Assembly: GCA_016784025.1 (NCBI GenBank)
Contig: JADHVL010000017.1
Span: 4,892 to 68,891 of the forward strand
Length of the DNA stretch: 64,000 nucleotides
Direction: 5' to 3'
Source: Fidelibacterota bacterium
GTDB taxonomy: Bacteria > Fidelibacterota > UBA8477 > JABMPR01
The position numbers and the translations under genes were made by a program. Under the pieces are notes generated by a model. The model ran no database searches, was not told where the DNA came from, and was given only the letters and a program-made list of their open reading frames with translations. Below, piece by piece: positions 46,097 to 55,339 of this stretch. Every line of letters starts with the position of its first letter. The stretch's first letter is position 1.

Positions 46097-46236
46097 GAAG
46101 TCTCCGTTAAATTTAATTCTGACCTAAAATATGCATTCCTGGAGTCGGAAGTGTATTCTACCTGACAGTTGTGACAAGAAATAGGGGCTGTTTGACCCAA
46201 CCCCTTTTCTGAGAAGCGTTAAATGTGTCTTGCAGG

Positions 46237-49200
46237 TTAGGCGTTTTTTAATCGTTTCCGTTCAGCTCGTCGAATCCCTGCATCTGCCAGCAGACTGTAT
46301 AGTGAGGGCACCACAAACAAGGTGAGGAAGGTAGCGGCTGTTAATCCACCAATCACGGTGATAGCCATGGGTGCACGCATTTCAGCCCCTTCACTGGAAT
46401 CTAATACCATAGGAAGCATGCCAAAAATAGTAGTCAGCGCAGTAATCAGGACAGGACGAAGTCGCGTTGAACCAGCTTCAATGATTGCAGCGGTTGCTTC
46501 GATTCCCTTCCGTCGTAACTGGTTGATATAATCCACCAGCACAATACCATTATTCACCACAATTCCTGTAAGCATGATGAAACCGATGAAACTGGTAAGA
46601 CTGATGGTGACACCGGAAATAAGAAAACCAATGACAACACCTATCAATGCAAGGGGAATGGTAACCATGATCACTAAGGGATGAATCAATGATTCAAATT
46701 GTGATGCCATGACCATGAAAACCAACAGGATGGCAAGCGCCAGTGCCTGGCCAAGCGTAATGAAGGTATCTATCATCTGTTCGTATTGACCTCCGTATTC
46801 CACAAAATACCCATCCGGTAGTGACGCCTGAATCGGCTTGAGGATTTCGATGATTTCCCCCATCACCGAGCCCATATCTCGATCCAGAATACTGGCTGTA
46901 ACCAGAACCATACGACTCTGGTTATCCCTAACGATTTTAACTGGTCCTTCCTCTTGTGTAATTGAGGCGACCTGAGCCAGTGGAATTTGAGTTTTCATAG
47001 GGGTTGTCAGTTTGATCTGTCCAATATCACGTATTGAATTGCGCTGATCTTCCCTGAATTTGATACGCACATTGGTCTCGTCACCGGCAAAACGATAGCG
47101 GGTTGCTACCTGACCCAGTGTAGAAGCCTTAATGGTGTTGGCAACCTGTCCTGAGACCAGCCCCATACGGTTAATTTCTTCTCGATTGAGAGCAATATGA
47201 TATTCAGGCTTGGCTTCTTCCATGGAGGATTTGATATCCATAACGCCTTCGACGTCTGCGATGATGGCGGCTACTTCTTTGCTGATCTCTTCCAGAATAA
47301 TAAAATCTTTGCCGAAGACCTGAATCTCCACATCAGCTCCACTGCCACCCATGGCTGCTCCAAAGTCAATACTCTGGATGGTAACATCACGCATGGCTGG
47401 AATCTCGCCACGGATTTTTTCACCGATCTTTGTGGTAGAAAGCGATCGCTCAGATTTTGGCTTCATGGCCAACATGATCATTCCTTCATGGGAACCGGCA
47501 TTGGCCATATCTCCACTTTGACCGCGATCCTCTTCATTGACCCCGTTTGATACGATCACGGTCTGGACGGCATCTTCTGAAAGGGCAATTTTCTCCACTT
47601 GTCTCACAGCCTGGTCTGTTTCTTCAAGGGCTGAACCCACTGGAAGTTTGATCTTCATCATAAGCATGGCCTGATCCATCTCCGGCATGAATTCAGTTCC
47701 AACGACAGGTATGAGCGCCATGGAAGCAATAAACAGGACTGTTGCAGCTCCCAGAGTCTTCCAACGATGTTGCAGTATGAAGGTGAGTCCAATTGTATAG
47801 GAAGCCCGCAGTCGAACGATCCAGGACTCATCTGCTTTAAGGGTGTAATCCACTTTGCTTCTCGGTTTAAAAAAGACAGAAGCGATCATAGGCACCATAG
47901 TGAGTGAGACGAAAAGTGAGGCAAGCAGTGAGAAGGAAATCGAAAGCGCAAGCCCTCGAACCAGCTGTCCTGCAGTACCAGAACCCATGGCCATGGGTAG
48001 AAATACAGCCAGGGTTGTCAGTGTGGATGCCGTAATGGCCATTCCAACCTCTGATGCACCCAGGCGGGCGGCTTCCTTACGGCTTTTGCCTTCCTCAAGA
48101 TGTCGAAACACATTTTCAATAACCACAATGGCATTGTCCACCAGCATGCCAATGCCCAGGGCCAAACCTCCCAGCGTGAGGAGGTTGAGTGTATAGCCAA
48201 CGGCATTAAGAGGTATAAAGGTAACGATTATGGATGTGGGAATGGCAATTCCAACTGCCAGGGTGGGACGAATATTTCTTAAGAAAAAATAAATCATGAG
48301 CATAGCCAGAACACCACCCAGCAAGGCGGTTCGTCCAGTACTGTTCACGGTGAGCTTCACACTGGAGGACATATCCATCCCGATGTGCATCTCAATATCC
48401 TTGGGTAATATTTCCTGTAGATCAGCAAGCTCAGCCTTGACTGCATCTGCAACTTGAACGGTGTTGGCCCCGGATTGTTTGGTAACAATCATCATGACCC
48501 CAGGTTTAGACTGGACCCGCATTTCCGTACGTAAATCCGATACTGTGTCCTTGACCTTGGCAACCTGTCTGAGTTTGATGGGATTACCTGTAGGTGATGC
48601 TCCAACAATGAGGTCTTCCAGTTCTGCCAGGGATGCAAATTCAGCCCGGGTCCGAACCAGAAAATCCTTGTGATCTTCGACGATTCGACCTGCTGGCATA
48701 TTCAGGTTTTCAAAACCAATCACCTGAATGATCTGATTCAGTGTAATTCCAGAGGTTTCCAGAGCGTGCTGATCAATTTCAACCTGAATCTCTCTTACCT
48801 CAGGAGATTGAACGATGACAGAGGCCACTCCTTCAATGCGTTCCAGACGATACCCGGCGGTTTCGTCCATATACTCAGCCAACTCATTGAGGGGTCGTTC
48901 TTCACTGGTGACACCATAAAAGAGTAGGGGTAGAGCAGACATGTCAAACTTCATGACCAGGGGCGTTTGGATATCATCAGGGAGGAAATCTGCAAACATG
49001 GCGAGTTGGTCCCGAAGATCCTGGGCAGCAAAATCAAGATTTGATCCACTTTCAAATTCCACAGCAATCATGGACATGCCTTCCACCGTGGTGGAAACGA
49101 CGCCCTTTACTCCTGAAACAGAGGCAATAGCTTGCTCGATGGGTTTAGTAACAATGGATTCAATATCTTCGGGACTGGCTCCACCATAAACGGTGACCAC

Positions 49201-49338
49201 AGACACCATGGGAAACTCAACATCAGGTAGCATGTCCAGACCCAGTTTGGTGAAAGAAATGATTCCTCCCAGGATCACAATCAATGTGATCATGGTGACG
49301 GTAATCTTGCGATCGACGGATAGATCAACAATTTTCAT
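46237..49338 (-). CDS. Efflux RND transporter permease (AcrB family)
   Basis: 1033 aa with canonical 12-TM RND architecture. Confidence 0.95.
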   Translation of the reverse strand: MKIVDLSVDRKITVTMITLIVILGGIISFTKLGLDMLPDVEFPMVSVVTVYGGASPEDIESIVTKPIEQAIASVSGVKGVVSTTVEGMSMIAVEFESGSNLDFAAQDLRDQLAMFADFLPDDIQTPLVMKFDMSALPLLFYGVTSEERPLNELAEYMDETAGYRLERIEGVASVIVQSPEVREIQVEIDQHALETSGITLNQIIQVIGFENLNMPAGRIVEDHKDFLVRTRAEFASLAELEDLIVGASPTGNPIKLRQVAKVKDTVSDLRTEMRVQSKPGVMMIVTKQSGANTVQVADAVKAELADLQEILPKDIEMHIGMDMSSSVKLTVNSTGRTALLGGVLAMLMIYFFLRNIRPTLAVGIAIPTSIIVTFIPLNAVGYTLNLLTLGGLALGIGMLVDNAIVVIENVFRHLEEGKSRKEAARLGASEVGMAITASTLTTLAVFLPMAMGSGTAGQLVRGLALSISFSLLASLFVSLTMVPMIASVFFKPRSKVDYTLKADESWIVRLRASYTIGLTFILQHRWKTLGAATVLFIASMALIPVVGTEFMPEMDQAMLMMKIKLPVGSALEETDQAVRQVEKIALSEDAVQTVIVSNGVNEEDRGQSGDMANAGSHEGMIMLAMKPKSERSLSTTKIGEKIRGEIPAMRDVTIQSIDFGAAMGGSGADVEIQVFGKDFIILEEISKEVAAIIADVEGVMDIKSSMEEAKPEYHIALNREEINRMGLVSGQVANTIKASTLGQVATRYRFAGDETNVRIKFREDQRNSIRDIGQIKLTTPMKTQIPLAQVASITQEEGPVKIVRDNQSRMVLVTASILDRDMGSVMGEIIEILKPIQASLPDGYFVEYGGQYEQMIDTFITLGQALALAILLVFMVMASQFESLIHPLVIMVTIPLALIGVVIGFLISGVTISLTSFIGFIMLTGIVVNNGIVLVDYINQLRRKGIEATAAIIEAGSTRLRPVLITALTTIFGMLPMVLDSSEGAEMRAPMAITVIGGLTAATFLTLFVVPSLYSLLADAGIRRAERKRLKNA

Positions 49339-49347
49339 AGCTGACTC

Positions 49348-50424
49348 CTAGTCCTCAATCTGGACAAGACTGCTGTCAGTGAGGATAAATGCGCCAGAGG
49401 TGACAAAAAGTTCACCCTCAGTGAGCCCTGCACCGATGATGAGTTCTTTTAAACTCTCCTGGAGAACTTCAACGTCTCGTCGATAGGCGTAATTTTCCTC
49501 AACAACAAATATGTGGGATTTATCTATGACAGCGTTTTTCGGTACGACCATCACACCTCCAATTTCTTCAATTGATATATCCACTCGACCAAAAGTTCCA
49601 GCGCGGAGGTTGCCTGAGCTATTGTTGAACTGACATTCTACAAAAAATGTTTTTGAGAGGGGGTCAGCAGCTACGCCAACCAGTGTGACGGCACCTGGGA
49701 CTGGATCATCCAGATAGTCTACTTTCAAGAAGGCATTTTGACCTTTCTTGATGCTCATGATTTCCTGAGAGGTGATCTGAAGCTCAATTTTAATGGATGA
49801 TACATCCTGGAGTGTGAAAACAGGCATCATGAGTGCTGGACTGAACAAATCACCCCTGTTGAAACCCTTCTGGGTTATGACACCATAGAATGGGGCGGTC
49901 AGTGTAGCCTTGTCCAATTGCATTTTGAGAAGATCCAGGCCAGCCTGTGCCTGGCTCATCTGTGCCTGGGCGGCATCCAGACCTAGTTTCATTTTTTCAA
50001 ATTGTTGCTGAGAAACTGCATTTTCGCTGTGGAGAGTTTGAACTCGCTCCCAGTTCTTACGTGCATCCACCAGATTCGCACGGGCGACTGATACCCCGGC
50101 TTCAGCCTGTTTATGCTGTAATGCCATGGTACTGATATCCATTTGTACCAGAGTCATGTCCTTCTGGACATAATCACCGATTTGAACATGGAGCTCTTCA
50201 ATTTTTCCAGGAATCTCAGGAATAATCCGTGCGGTTTGAATGGCCAGCAAAGAGCCATTATAAGATAGGGAGCTGACAAAGTTTTGTGATCGTGCAGTCT
50301 CAACCTGAACTGGAACAGCTTTTCGGATCCAGTCGTCAGGAGTCTCTGTTGCATCGTTTTTACTGCAGCCATTGAAAAGAAAGAGTCCCAGACTGAGTGC
50401 GAAGATGAGTTTTAGTGTTTTCAT
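49348..50424 (-). CDS. Efflux RND transporter periplasmic adaptor lipoprotein
   Basis: 358 aa with lipobox LFLFNGC and a coiled-coil hairpin region (QAQAGLDLLKMQLDKA). Confidence 0.9.
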   Translation of the reverse strand: MKTLKLIFALSLGLFLFNGCSKNDATETPDDWIRKAVPVQVETARSQNFVSSLSYNGSLLAIQTARIIPEIPGKIEELHVQIGDYVQKDMTLVQMDISTMALQHKQAEAGVSVARANLVDARKNWERVQTLHSENAVSQQQFEKMKLGLDAAQAQMSQAQAGLDLLKMQLDKATLTAPFYGVITQKGFNRGDLFSPALMMPVFTLQDVSSIKIELQITSQEIMSIKKGQNAFLKVDYLDDPVPGAVTLVGVAADPLSKTFFVECQFNNSSGNLRAGTFGRVDISIEEIGGVMVVPKNAVIDKSHIFVVEENYAYRRDVEVLQESLKELIIGAGLTEGELFVTSGAFILTDSSLVQIED

Positions 50425-51755
50425 TAATTATTAACTCCTTGTTTATGGAGAGACTCGCCGATAACCTTTTTAATGCTGGCTTCTGCGAGTGTGTAATTGA
50501 ATAGTGCCTGCAAATAGTTTGCCTTGGCCGCGGTCAGATTGATCTGGACCTGATTGGCCTGAAGGTTGGTAATGGTTCCTTCACGAAATTGAATTTTTGC
50601 AAGACGTGCTGCTTCTTCTGCCTGCCCTACGGTTTTTTCTTGAGAAAGGATATTCTTCTCGGCTTCCATGAGTCTTAAATAGACCTGCTCCACCTCAAGC
50701 ATGATGATATCCTTCAGAGCGTCATAGCCATAGTTAACCTGTCGTTCTGCAATCCTGGCCTGGCGCACTTTCGAATACCGGGTGCCACCAGCAAACAATT
50801 CATAACTCATTCCAACAGCCACCATATAGCTATCATCCCAATCTGAATATATATCCAGGTCGTTCCCCGACTTTGAATAGGAATAACTTAATGCGACCAT
50901 GGGCAGAAAATTAGAGCGCGCCATATTGACATTTAGTGAACTTAAAGACTTTGATAGATTCATCTGCTGAATTTCAGCTCTATTTGTAAGGGCTTTGGTC
51001 TTTAGTTGATCCAGATTGTATTCACCAGGATTGTACGTCATGACATCCGTAAGTTTGATGTTAGTTTCTGATTCAATTCCCAATAGCATTTTCAATCCGG
51101 CGGCTGCCATGGTGACGCCATTCTCAGCCTGGGTTTTCTGGGGCAGGAGATTGGCTGACTGTACCTCGGCTTGAAGAAGGTCTAGTTTTGAGATCATTCC
51201 CTGGCCATACAAAAGCTCTGAGATCTCGTAGAATTCCTTGGCCGTGTTGTAACCTTCATCAGCAACAGCTGCAAATTCCTTAGTAACCAGCATGCCTAGA
51301 TAGGCTTGAATCACACTGAAGGAGAGATTGTTTTTTTCTTGTTCATGCTGGGATTGGATAATACTCAAGCCCTTCTTGGCCATAAGTGTTCCTAAGGCGA
51401 TTTTCCCACCAGTAAAAAGTGGTTGAGTCACTCGAATATCATATTGGTAATCCATGGTAAAATCGAGTTCAAGGGGGGGGGCTGTCGGACCGGCAAAGGG
51501 ATTCTGAATGACCTGGACCTTTTCGTCTGTAATTCTGGTTCCCTGCAAATTTATGCTGGGCAATGCGGATCCCATAGCCTGATAGACACTTTGTCGGGCA
51601 TCATTTACCTTTTCCTGGGCAATCTTGATGTTGGGGTTTCTCTCGAGAGCCAACTTGACACTCTGCTCAATGGAGAGATCCATTTGGGGTTGGGCTCCCA
51701 GTAGGACTGGGAGAATAAGCATTGTTCTAAATATTTTCATGGGGAAGTATTCCAT
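50424..51755 (-). CDS. TolC-family outer membrane efflux protein
   Basis: 443 aa with two-repeat OEP architecture and a signal peptide. The start is 51755 or 51740. Confidence 0.9.
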   Translation of the reverse strand: MEYFPMKIFRTMLILPVLLGAQPQMDLSIEQSVKLALERNPNIKIAQEKVNDARQSVYQAMGSALPSINLQGTRITDEKVQVIQNPFAGPTAPPLELDFTMDYQYDIRVTQPLFTGGKIALGTLMAKKGLSIIQSQHEQEKNNLSFSVIQAYLGMLVTKEFAAVADEGYNTAKEFYEISELLYGQGMISKLDLLQAEVQSANLLPQKTQAENGVTMAAAGLKMLLGIESETNIKLTDVMTYNPGEYNLDQLKTKALTNRAEIQQMNLSKSLSSLNVNMARSNFLPMVALSYSYSKSGNDLDIYSDWDDSYMVAVGMSYELFAGGTRYSKVRQARIAERQVNYGYDALKDIIMLEVEQVYLRLMEAEKNILSQEKTVGQAEEAARLAKIQFREGTITNLQANQVQINLTAAKANYLQALFNYTLAEASIKKVIGESLHKQGVNN

Positions 51756-52341
51756 TTATAAATAGTGATGTAAGTTGACTTTTAATATGATCGAGATCGA
51801 TGGTATCGGCTGCCATAAGCCAATTAAGTTGATGGAGATTGACTGCACCAATGATGCTTCCAGCCAGGATAGATGGATCAATTTGAGAGTCTTCGGGCAT
51901 ACCCTCTTTCAATGCTTGAGATAATTGTTCAATATGAGCCTGTTGTTGAGTAATGAGCTTTTCTCTGAGCCCTGAATCAGAACTGTGCATCACTTTACCC
52001 TGTTCTGCTATCACCAGTTGGAAAAAGTGTTTATTCTCAGTGAGAAATTGAAATTGGGCTTCGATAAGCGCGGCAATTTTACCTTTCACGCCCTGGGAGG
52101 TTTTCAACTCATTCAGTAGGGTTTCCGAAAAGCGTTCCATTTTTTCAATGAGAATTGAGAAGAACAGGTCTTCCTTATTTTTGAAATAGAGGTAAAGAGT
52201 TCCCTTACTCCAGCCACATTCCTCAGCAACGGCTTCCATAGTAGTCGTGTGATAACCCTGGCGGGCAAAAACCTGTTCAGCTGTTGATAATATTTCCAGG
52301 CGGTGTTGTTCTCGACGTCGTGCTTTGATAGTGGGTGCCAT
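51727..52341 (-). CDS. TetR/AcrR-family transcriptional regulator of RND operon 2
   Basis: HTH YHTTTMEAVAEECGWSKGTLYLYFKNKEDL. The ATG at 52341 is preferred over the TTG at 52380. Confidence 0.85.
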   Translation of the reverse strand: MAPTIKARRREQHRLEILSTAEQVFARQGYHTTTMEAVAEECGWSKGTLYLYFKNKEDLFFSILIEKMERFSETLLNELKTSQGVKGKIAALIEAQFQFLTENKHFFQLVIAEQGKVMHSSDSGLREKLITQQQAHIEQLSQALKEGMPEDSQIDPSILAGSIIGAVNLHQLNWLMAADTIDLDHIKSQLTSLFINGILPHENI

Positions 52342-52366
52342 GCTAAAAAACCGTCTCCATTGTTTC

Positions 52367-52399
52367 TGACTGACCGGCAATATAATGACTGACCAGTCA
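52367..52399. promoter_or_regulatory. Candidate TetR operator: two direct TGACTGACC(G/A)G copies, the distal one a 6-2-6 palindrome
   Basis: TGACTGACCGG at 52367..52377 and TGACTGACCAG at 52386..52396. TGACTG-AC-CAGTCA lies at 52386..52399, just upstream of the TetR ATG at 52341. Confidence 0.45.
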
Positions 52400-52536
52400 C
52401 AAAAAAGAAATTACTCATATCTTAAGCTTTCGAATTGCTCAAATAATGATTTACATTAGTAGCTAGCCATTAAACACGTTCTTGTTGAGCATAATTAATA
52501 TTGAAGCACAAACACATGCAGGGGAGAAGCATAAAA

Positions 52537-53436
52537 ATGAACTTTAAAACACAGGGAATGCAGATACTGATTACTGCTTTTTTAAGTACGGGACTGATTT
52601 TCGCCCAAGGTATGGGTGGGGGGGGTCATCATGGTGGTGGTCCTGGCGGACCTGGTGCTGGTGGTTGGGGACCTGGTGATAGTACAGGATGTGATTCAAC
52701 AGGGGGTGGTCATCATGGTGGTGGTTGGGGACCTGGCGATAGCACCTGGCATGACAGTTTAGGACATGGTGGACATCATGGACCTGGGCATGGCGGTCCT
52801 GGACATGGTGGACCTGGGCATGGATTCGGTCATGGTGACAGCTTGAGCCTGGATAGTATATTCGTGAGTGGTGTCATCTCCACACTACCTGATACCATGG
52901 ATTTTAACGGCCATGTCCGTATACATGTATCCTATTTCCTTGATGTGGATGGGGACCTGATCGCTGATTATCGTCTAGTTCATCTCAGGGGATTGCAGCA
53001 TGCTGATTCAAACTTTGTTTTGCCCGTTCATGGCAATCTGGTTGAGCTATCCGGACTTTTATTTCCCTCCGATGAGATCCTGGATCGAATCGCTGTTTTA
53101 AGTTTAAGTATTATCGATGAAGACGGTCTATTCGGTACCCTTGGGGTAGTGGATCCGGCATCAACCGGGATGCATTTTGGTCTTCAATCCAGACATTATC
53201 CCAATCCCTTCAATCCCAGTACATCCATCGAATTTTCAATTGAATCAACAGGTCATGTATCTTTAAAGGTATATGATATTACCGGGGTTGAGGTGGCTCA
53301 ACTTATGGATGGAACATATGCTGCAGGTTTACATACGATCCAATTTAACCCAGGTACTTTGAGCGCCGGAACCTACCTCTATGTGATTGAATCAAATGGC
53401 ATGAGAGAAGTAAAACGGGTGGCCTATCTCAAATAA
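52537..53436 (+). CDS. Secreted Gly/His-rich protein with T9SS C-terminal sorting domain
   Basis: Signal peptide MNFKTQGMQILITAFLSTGLIFAQG, low-complexity GGGHHGGGPGGPG...GHGGHHGPGHGGPGHGGPGHGFGHG, and a C-terminal YPNPFNPSTSIEF...YLYVIES...VAYLK sorting domain. The track ORF begins at TTG 52501. Confidence 0.7.
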   Translation: MNFKTQGMQILITAFLSTGLIFAQGMGGGGHHGGGPGGPGAGGWGPGDSTGCDSTGGGHHGGGWGPGDSTWHDSLGHGGHHGPGHGGPGHGGPGHGFGHGDSLSLDSIFVSGVISTLPDTMDFNGHVRIHVSYFLDVDGDLIADYRLVHLRGLQHADSNFVLPVHGNLVELSGLLFPSDEILDRIAVLSLSIIDEDGLFGTLGVVDPASTGMHFGLQSRHYPNPFNPSTSIEFSIESTGHVSLKVYDITGVEVAQLMDGTYAAGLHTIQFNPGTLSAGTYLYVIESNGMREVKRVAYLK

Positions 53437-53461
53437 GCTTTGAACACATTCGTACTTGAAG

Positions 53462-53488
53462 AGCCCTCGGTTTTACTGGGGGCTTTTT
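53462..53488 (+). terminator. Rho-independent terminator
   Basis: AGCCCTCGG-tttta-CTGGGGGCT followed by TTTTT, 26 nt after the stop at 53436. Confidence 0.7.
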
Positions 53489-53570
53489 GTTCTATAGCAG
53501 TAAGAATCGATGGAGATAGCAGTTGGCAGGACTATGGTTGGCGCGTCACGATCAAGACCATTAATAAGTA

Positions 53571-53599
53571 AAAAGGGCTCCAAATCGCGGAGCCCTTTT
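53571..53599. terminator. Bidirectional rho-independent terminator (serves the minus-strand paralog operon)
   Basis: AAAA-GGGCTCC-aaatcgc-GGAGCCC-TTTT, 25 nt beyond the stop at 53624. Confidence 0.8.
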
Positions 53600-53623
53600 G
53601 TCACTAACCAATCGGAGGTCGTA

Positions 53624-55324
53624 TTATTTGATAAGGGTTAGCTTTTGTACATTCATTTTATGACCACTGATGATGCGAACCAGATAAACACCTGAGTTGT
53701 ATCCACTCATATCTATTTGGAGACTATGATTCCCTGCTTCTTCAATCCCATCACTGAGAACCGCCAGCTCTGTCCCAGTCACAGAATAGAGCACAATCTG
53801 AGTATTCATACGTTCAGGTAGTTCATATTGAATGTTTGTAATTGGGTTGAAGGGATTTGGGTAAGCACCCGTGATGGTGAATTCTTTCGGCAAACCTGAA
53901 CCAATCTCATCAACATCAGAAGCAGTCATAATTTCTACCCATTCAGATTCACCTACAGGATTTTCAGAGCGGAGACGATATTCCCATTCCACACCATTGG
54001 CGATGTAGATCTCAGCATCTACATAGGAGGAGTGACTGGAATCAGGATAGGCCAGGGTAGCCCACTCACTGGTTGAATCAGCAATAGTTACGCGTCGTTG
54101 AAGGTGGTAGTTGAATTCGTTATTGCTGGGATCATCCACCCAATTAAGCTCAATCCAGGTTCCTAGTGGGTCATTTGTGATTTGTGATTCTAAATCAGTT
54201 GGAGCAGTAGGGTGGATGAATTCAACTATAAAAGGAGTTATGATTCCGGACAACCCTATGGCTGAGCCAACAATGAATTTTCCATCATCTGAGATTCCGT
54301 TTGCCTGTGGTAAAAACCAATCCTCCAAAAAATCGTCATCATCAACAAGAACCTGGAGACTGTCCTTGAGATAGGAGATCCCATTTTCTGGTGTATATAT
54401 AATTGCATCACGAGTCCAGATCCAGGTCTGTGCTTGTGCAAATCCAACGGACGTTCCATCATCAATGATATCCATGGGGATGACACCTGCTTCAACAGGA
54501 TTATGTCCAGGTGCAAATCCAATATCTTGCATGCCAGTTTCTTCTGTCCAAACAAACATGGCATTTGGGGACCAACCACAGATGTAATTACCACTGGGAC
54601 TGACACCGAAAGCTTCGCCAGCTACCCAGCCACCCTGGTCACCATTATACCCAAGGAAGACAAGCTCATATTCTCCAGTGAGTTCGTTTAGAACCCAGGC
54701 ATGTGCCGAGCGATCAGTATACTGACCATCCACTTCGATGGAAGCCCAGCCCACGATGACACTACCATCAGCACTCATGTCATTGGGACGACTGCTTAGC
54801 AAGAGACCGTTGTCAGGGAGTAATTCACCATCTGGATCTTCAGGTGTCCAGACAAATGCTGTGGTTCTGTAGTTATCATGCCAGTACATTCCGGCCACGA
54901 TGAAGGTATCCGCCGCCACTGCCCAGGCACCCTGGTACATATATGGATCAAAAGGTTGAGTGCCCTGAATGGGACCAATCATGACCCATTCCTCACCATC
55001 ATAATAGCAGGCAGCATCAACATCGGTTATGGTGTCACCCATCATCATGGGGAAGGGAGATTCACCTACAAGCAATCCGTTGTTATCCATAGCACGAATT
55101 GATCGACCTCCTGTGTGCTCCACCCCCTCCTCTGCTGTCCATAGATAGCTACTGCCAAAGTAGTAGGCACCTCCGAGAAGGGAACCATCTTCATTGGTCC
55201 ACCAGAGGGAACCACCCAGGGGATCAGGAAAGTTTTCTATCACTGAGAATCTTACAATTTCGGGATCAGCAAAGAGGACTGTGCTGATAAAGAGAAGCGT
55301 ACTGAGAATTTTTTTAAGTTTCAT
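53624..55324 (-). CDS. Secreted repeat protein (HAF-like beta-propeller repeats + Fn3 + T9SS sorting domain), paralog A
   Basis: 566 aa with a signal peptide. Recurring ..D/N.S.DG..(I/V)VG.. modules (MDNNGLLVGES, MSADGSVIVGWA, ISDDGKFIVGSA), an Fn3-like segment (PTAPTDL...WEYRLRSENPVGES) and a C-terminal YPNPFNPITNIQY...VYLVRIISG...LTLIK. Confidence 0.8.
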   Translation of the reverse strand: MKLKKILSTLLFISTVLFADPEIVRFSVIENFPDPLGGSLWWTNEDGSLLGGAYYFGSSYLWTAEEGVEHTGGRSIRAMDNNGLLVGESPFPMMMGDTITDVDAACYYDGEEWVMIGPIQGTQPFDPYMYQGAWAVAADTFIVAGMYWHDNYRTTAFVWTPEDPDGELLPDNGLLLSSRPNDMSADGSVIVGWASIEVDGQYTDRSAHAWVLNELTGEYELVFLGYNGDQGGWVAGEAFGVSPSGNYICGWSPNAMFVWTEETGMQDIGFAPGHNPVEAGVIPMDIIDDGTSVGFAQAQTWIWTRDAIIYTPENGISYLKDSLQVLVDDDDFLEDWFLPQANGISDDGKFIVGSAIGLSGIITPFIVEFIHPTAPTDLESQITNDPLGTWIELNWVDDPSNNEFNYHLQRRVTIADSTSEWATLAYPDSSHSSYVDAEIYIANGVEWEYRLRSENPVGESEWVEIMTASDVDEIGSGLPKEFTITGAYPNPFNPITNIQYELPERMNTQIVLYSVTGTELAVLSDGIEEAGNHSLQIDMSGYNSGVYLVRIISGHKMNVQKLTLIK

Positions 55325-55339
55325 GTTATTAGTCCTGTT

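Noticed and set aside
55325-55339. Paralog genes A and B are in the same reading frame, which raised the possibility of stop-codon read-through or recoding like the Sec case.
   Set aside because: The stop of B is TAA, not TGA. A has its own signal peptide and start, so these are separate genes.
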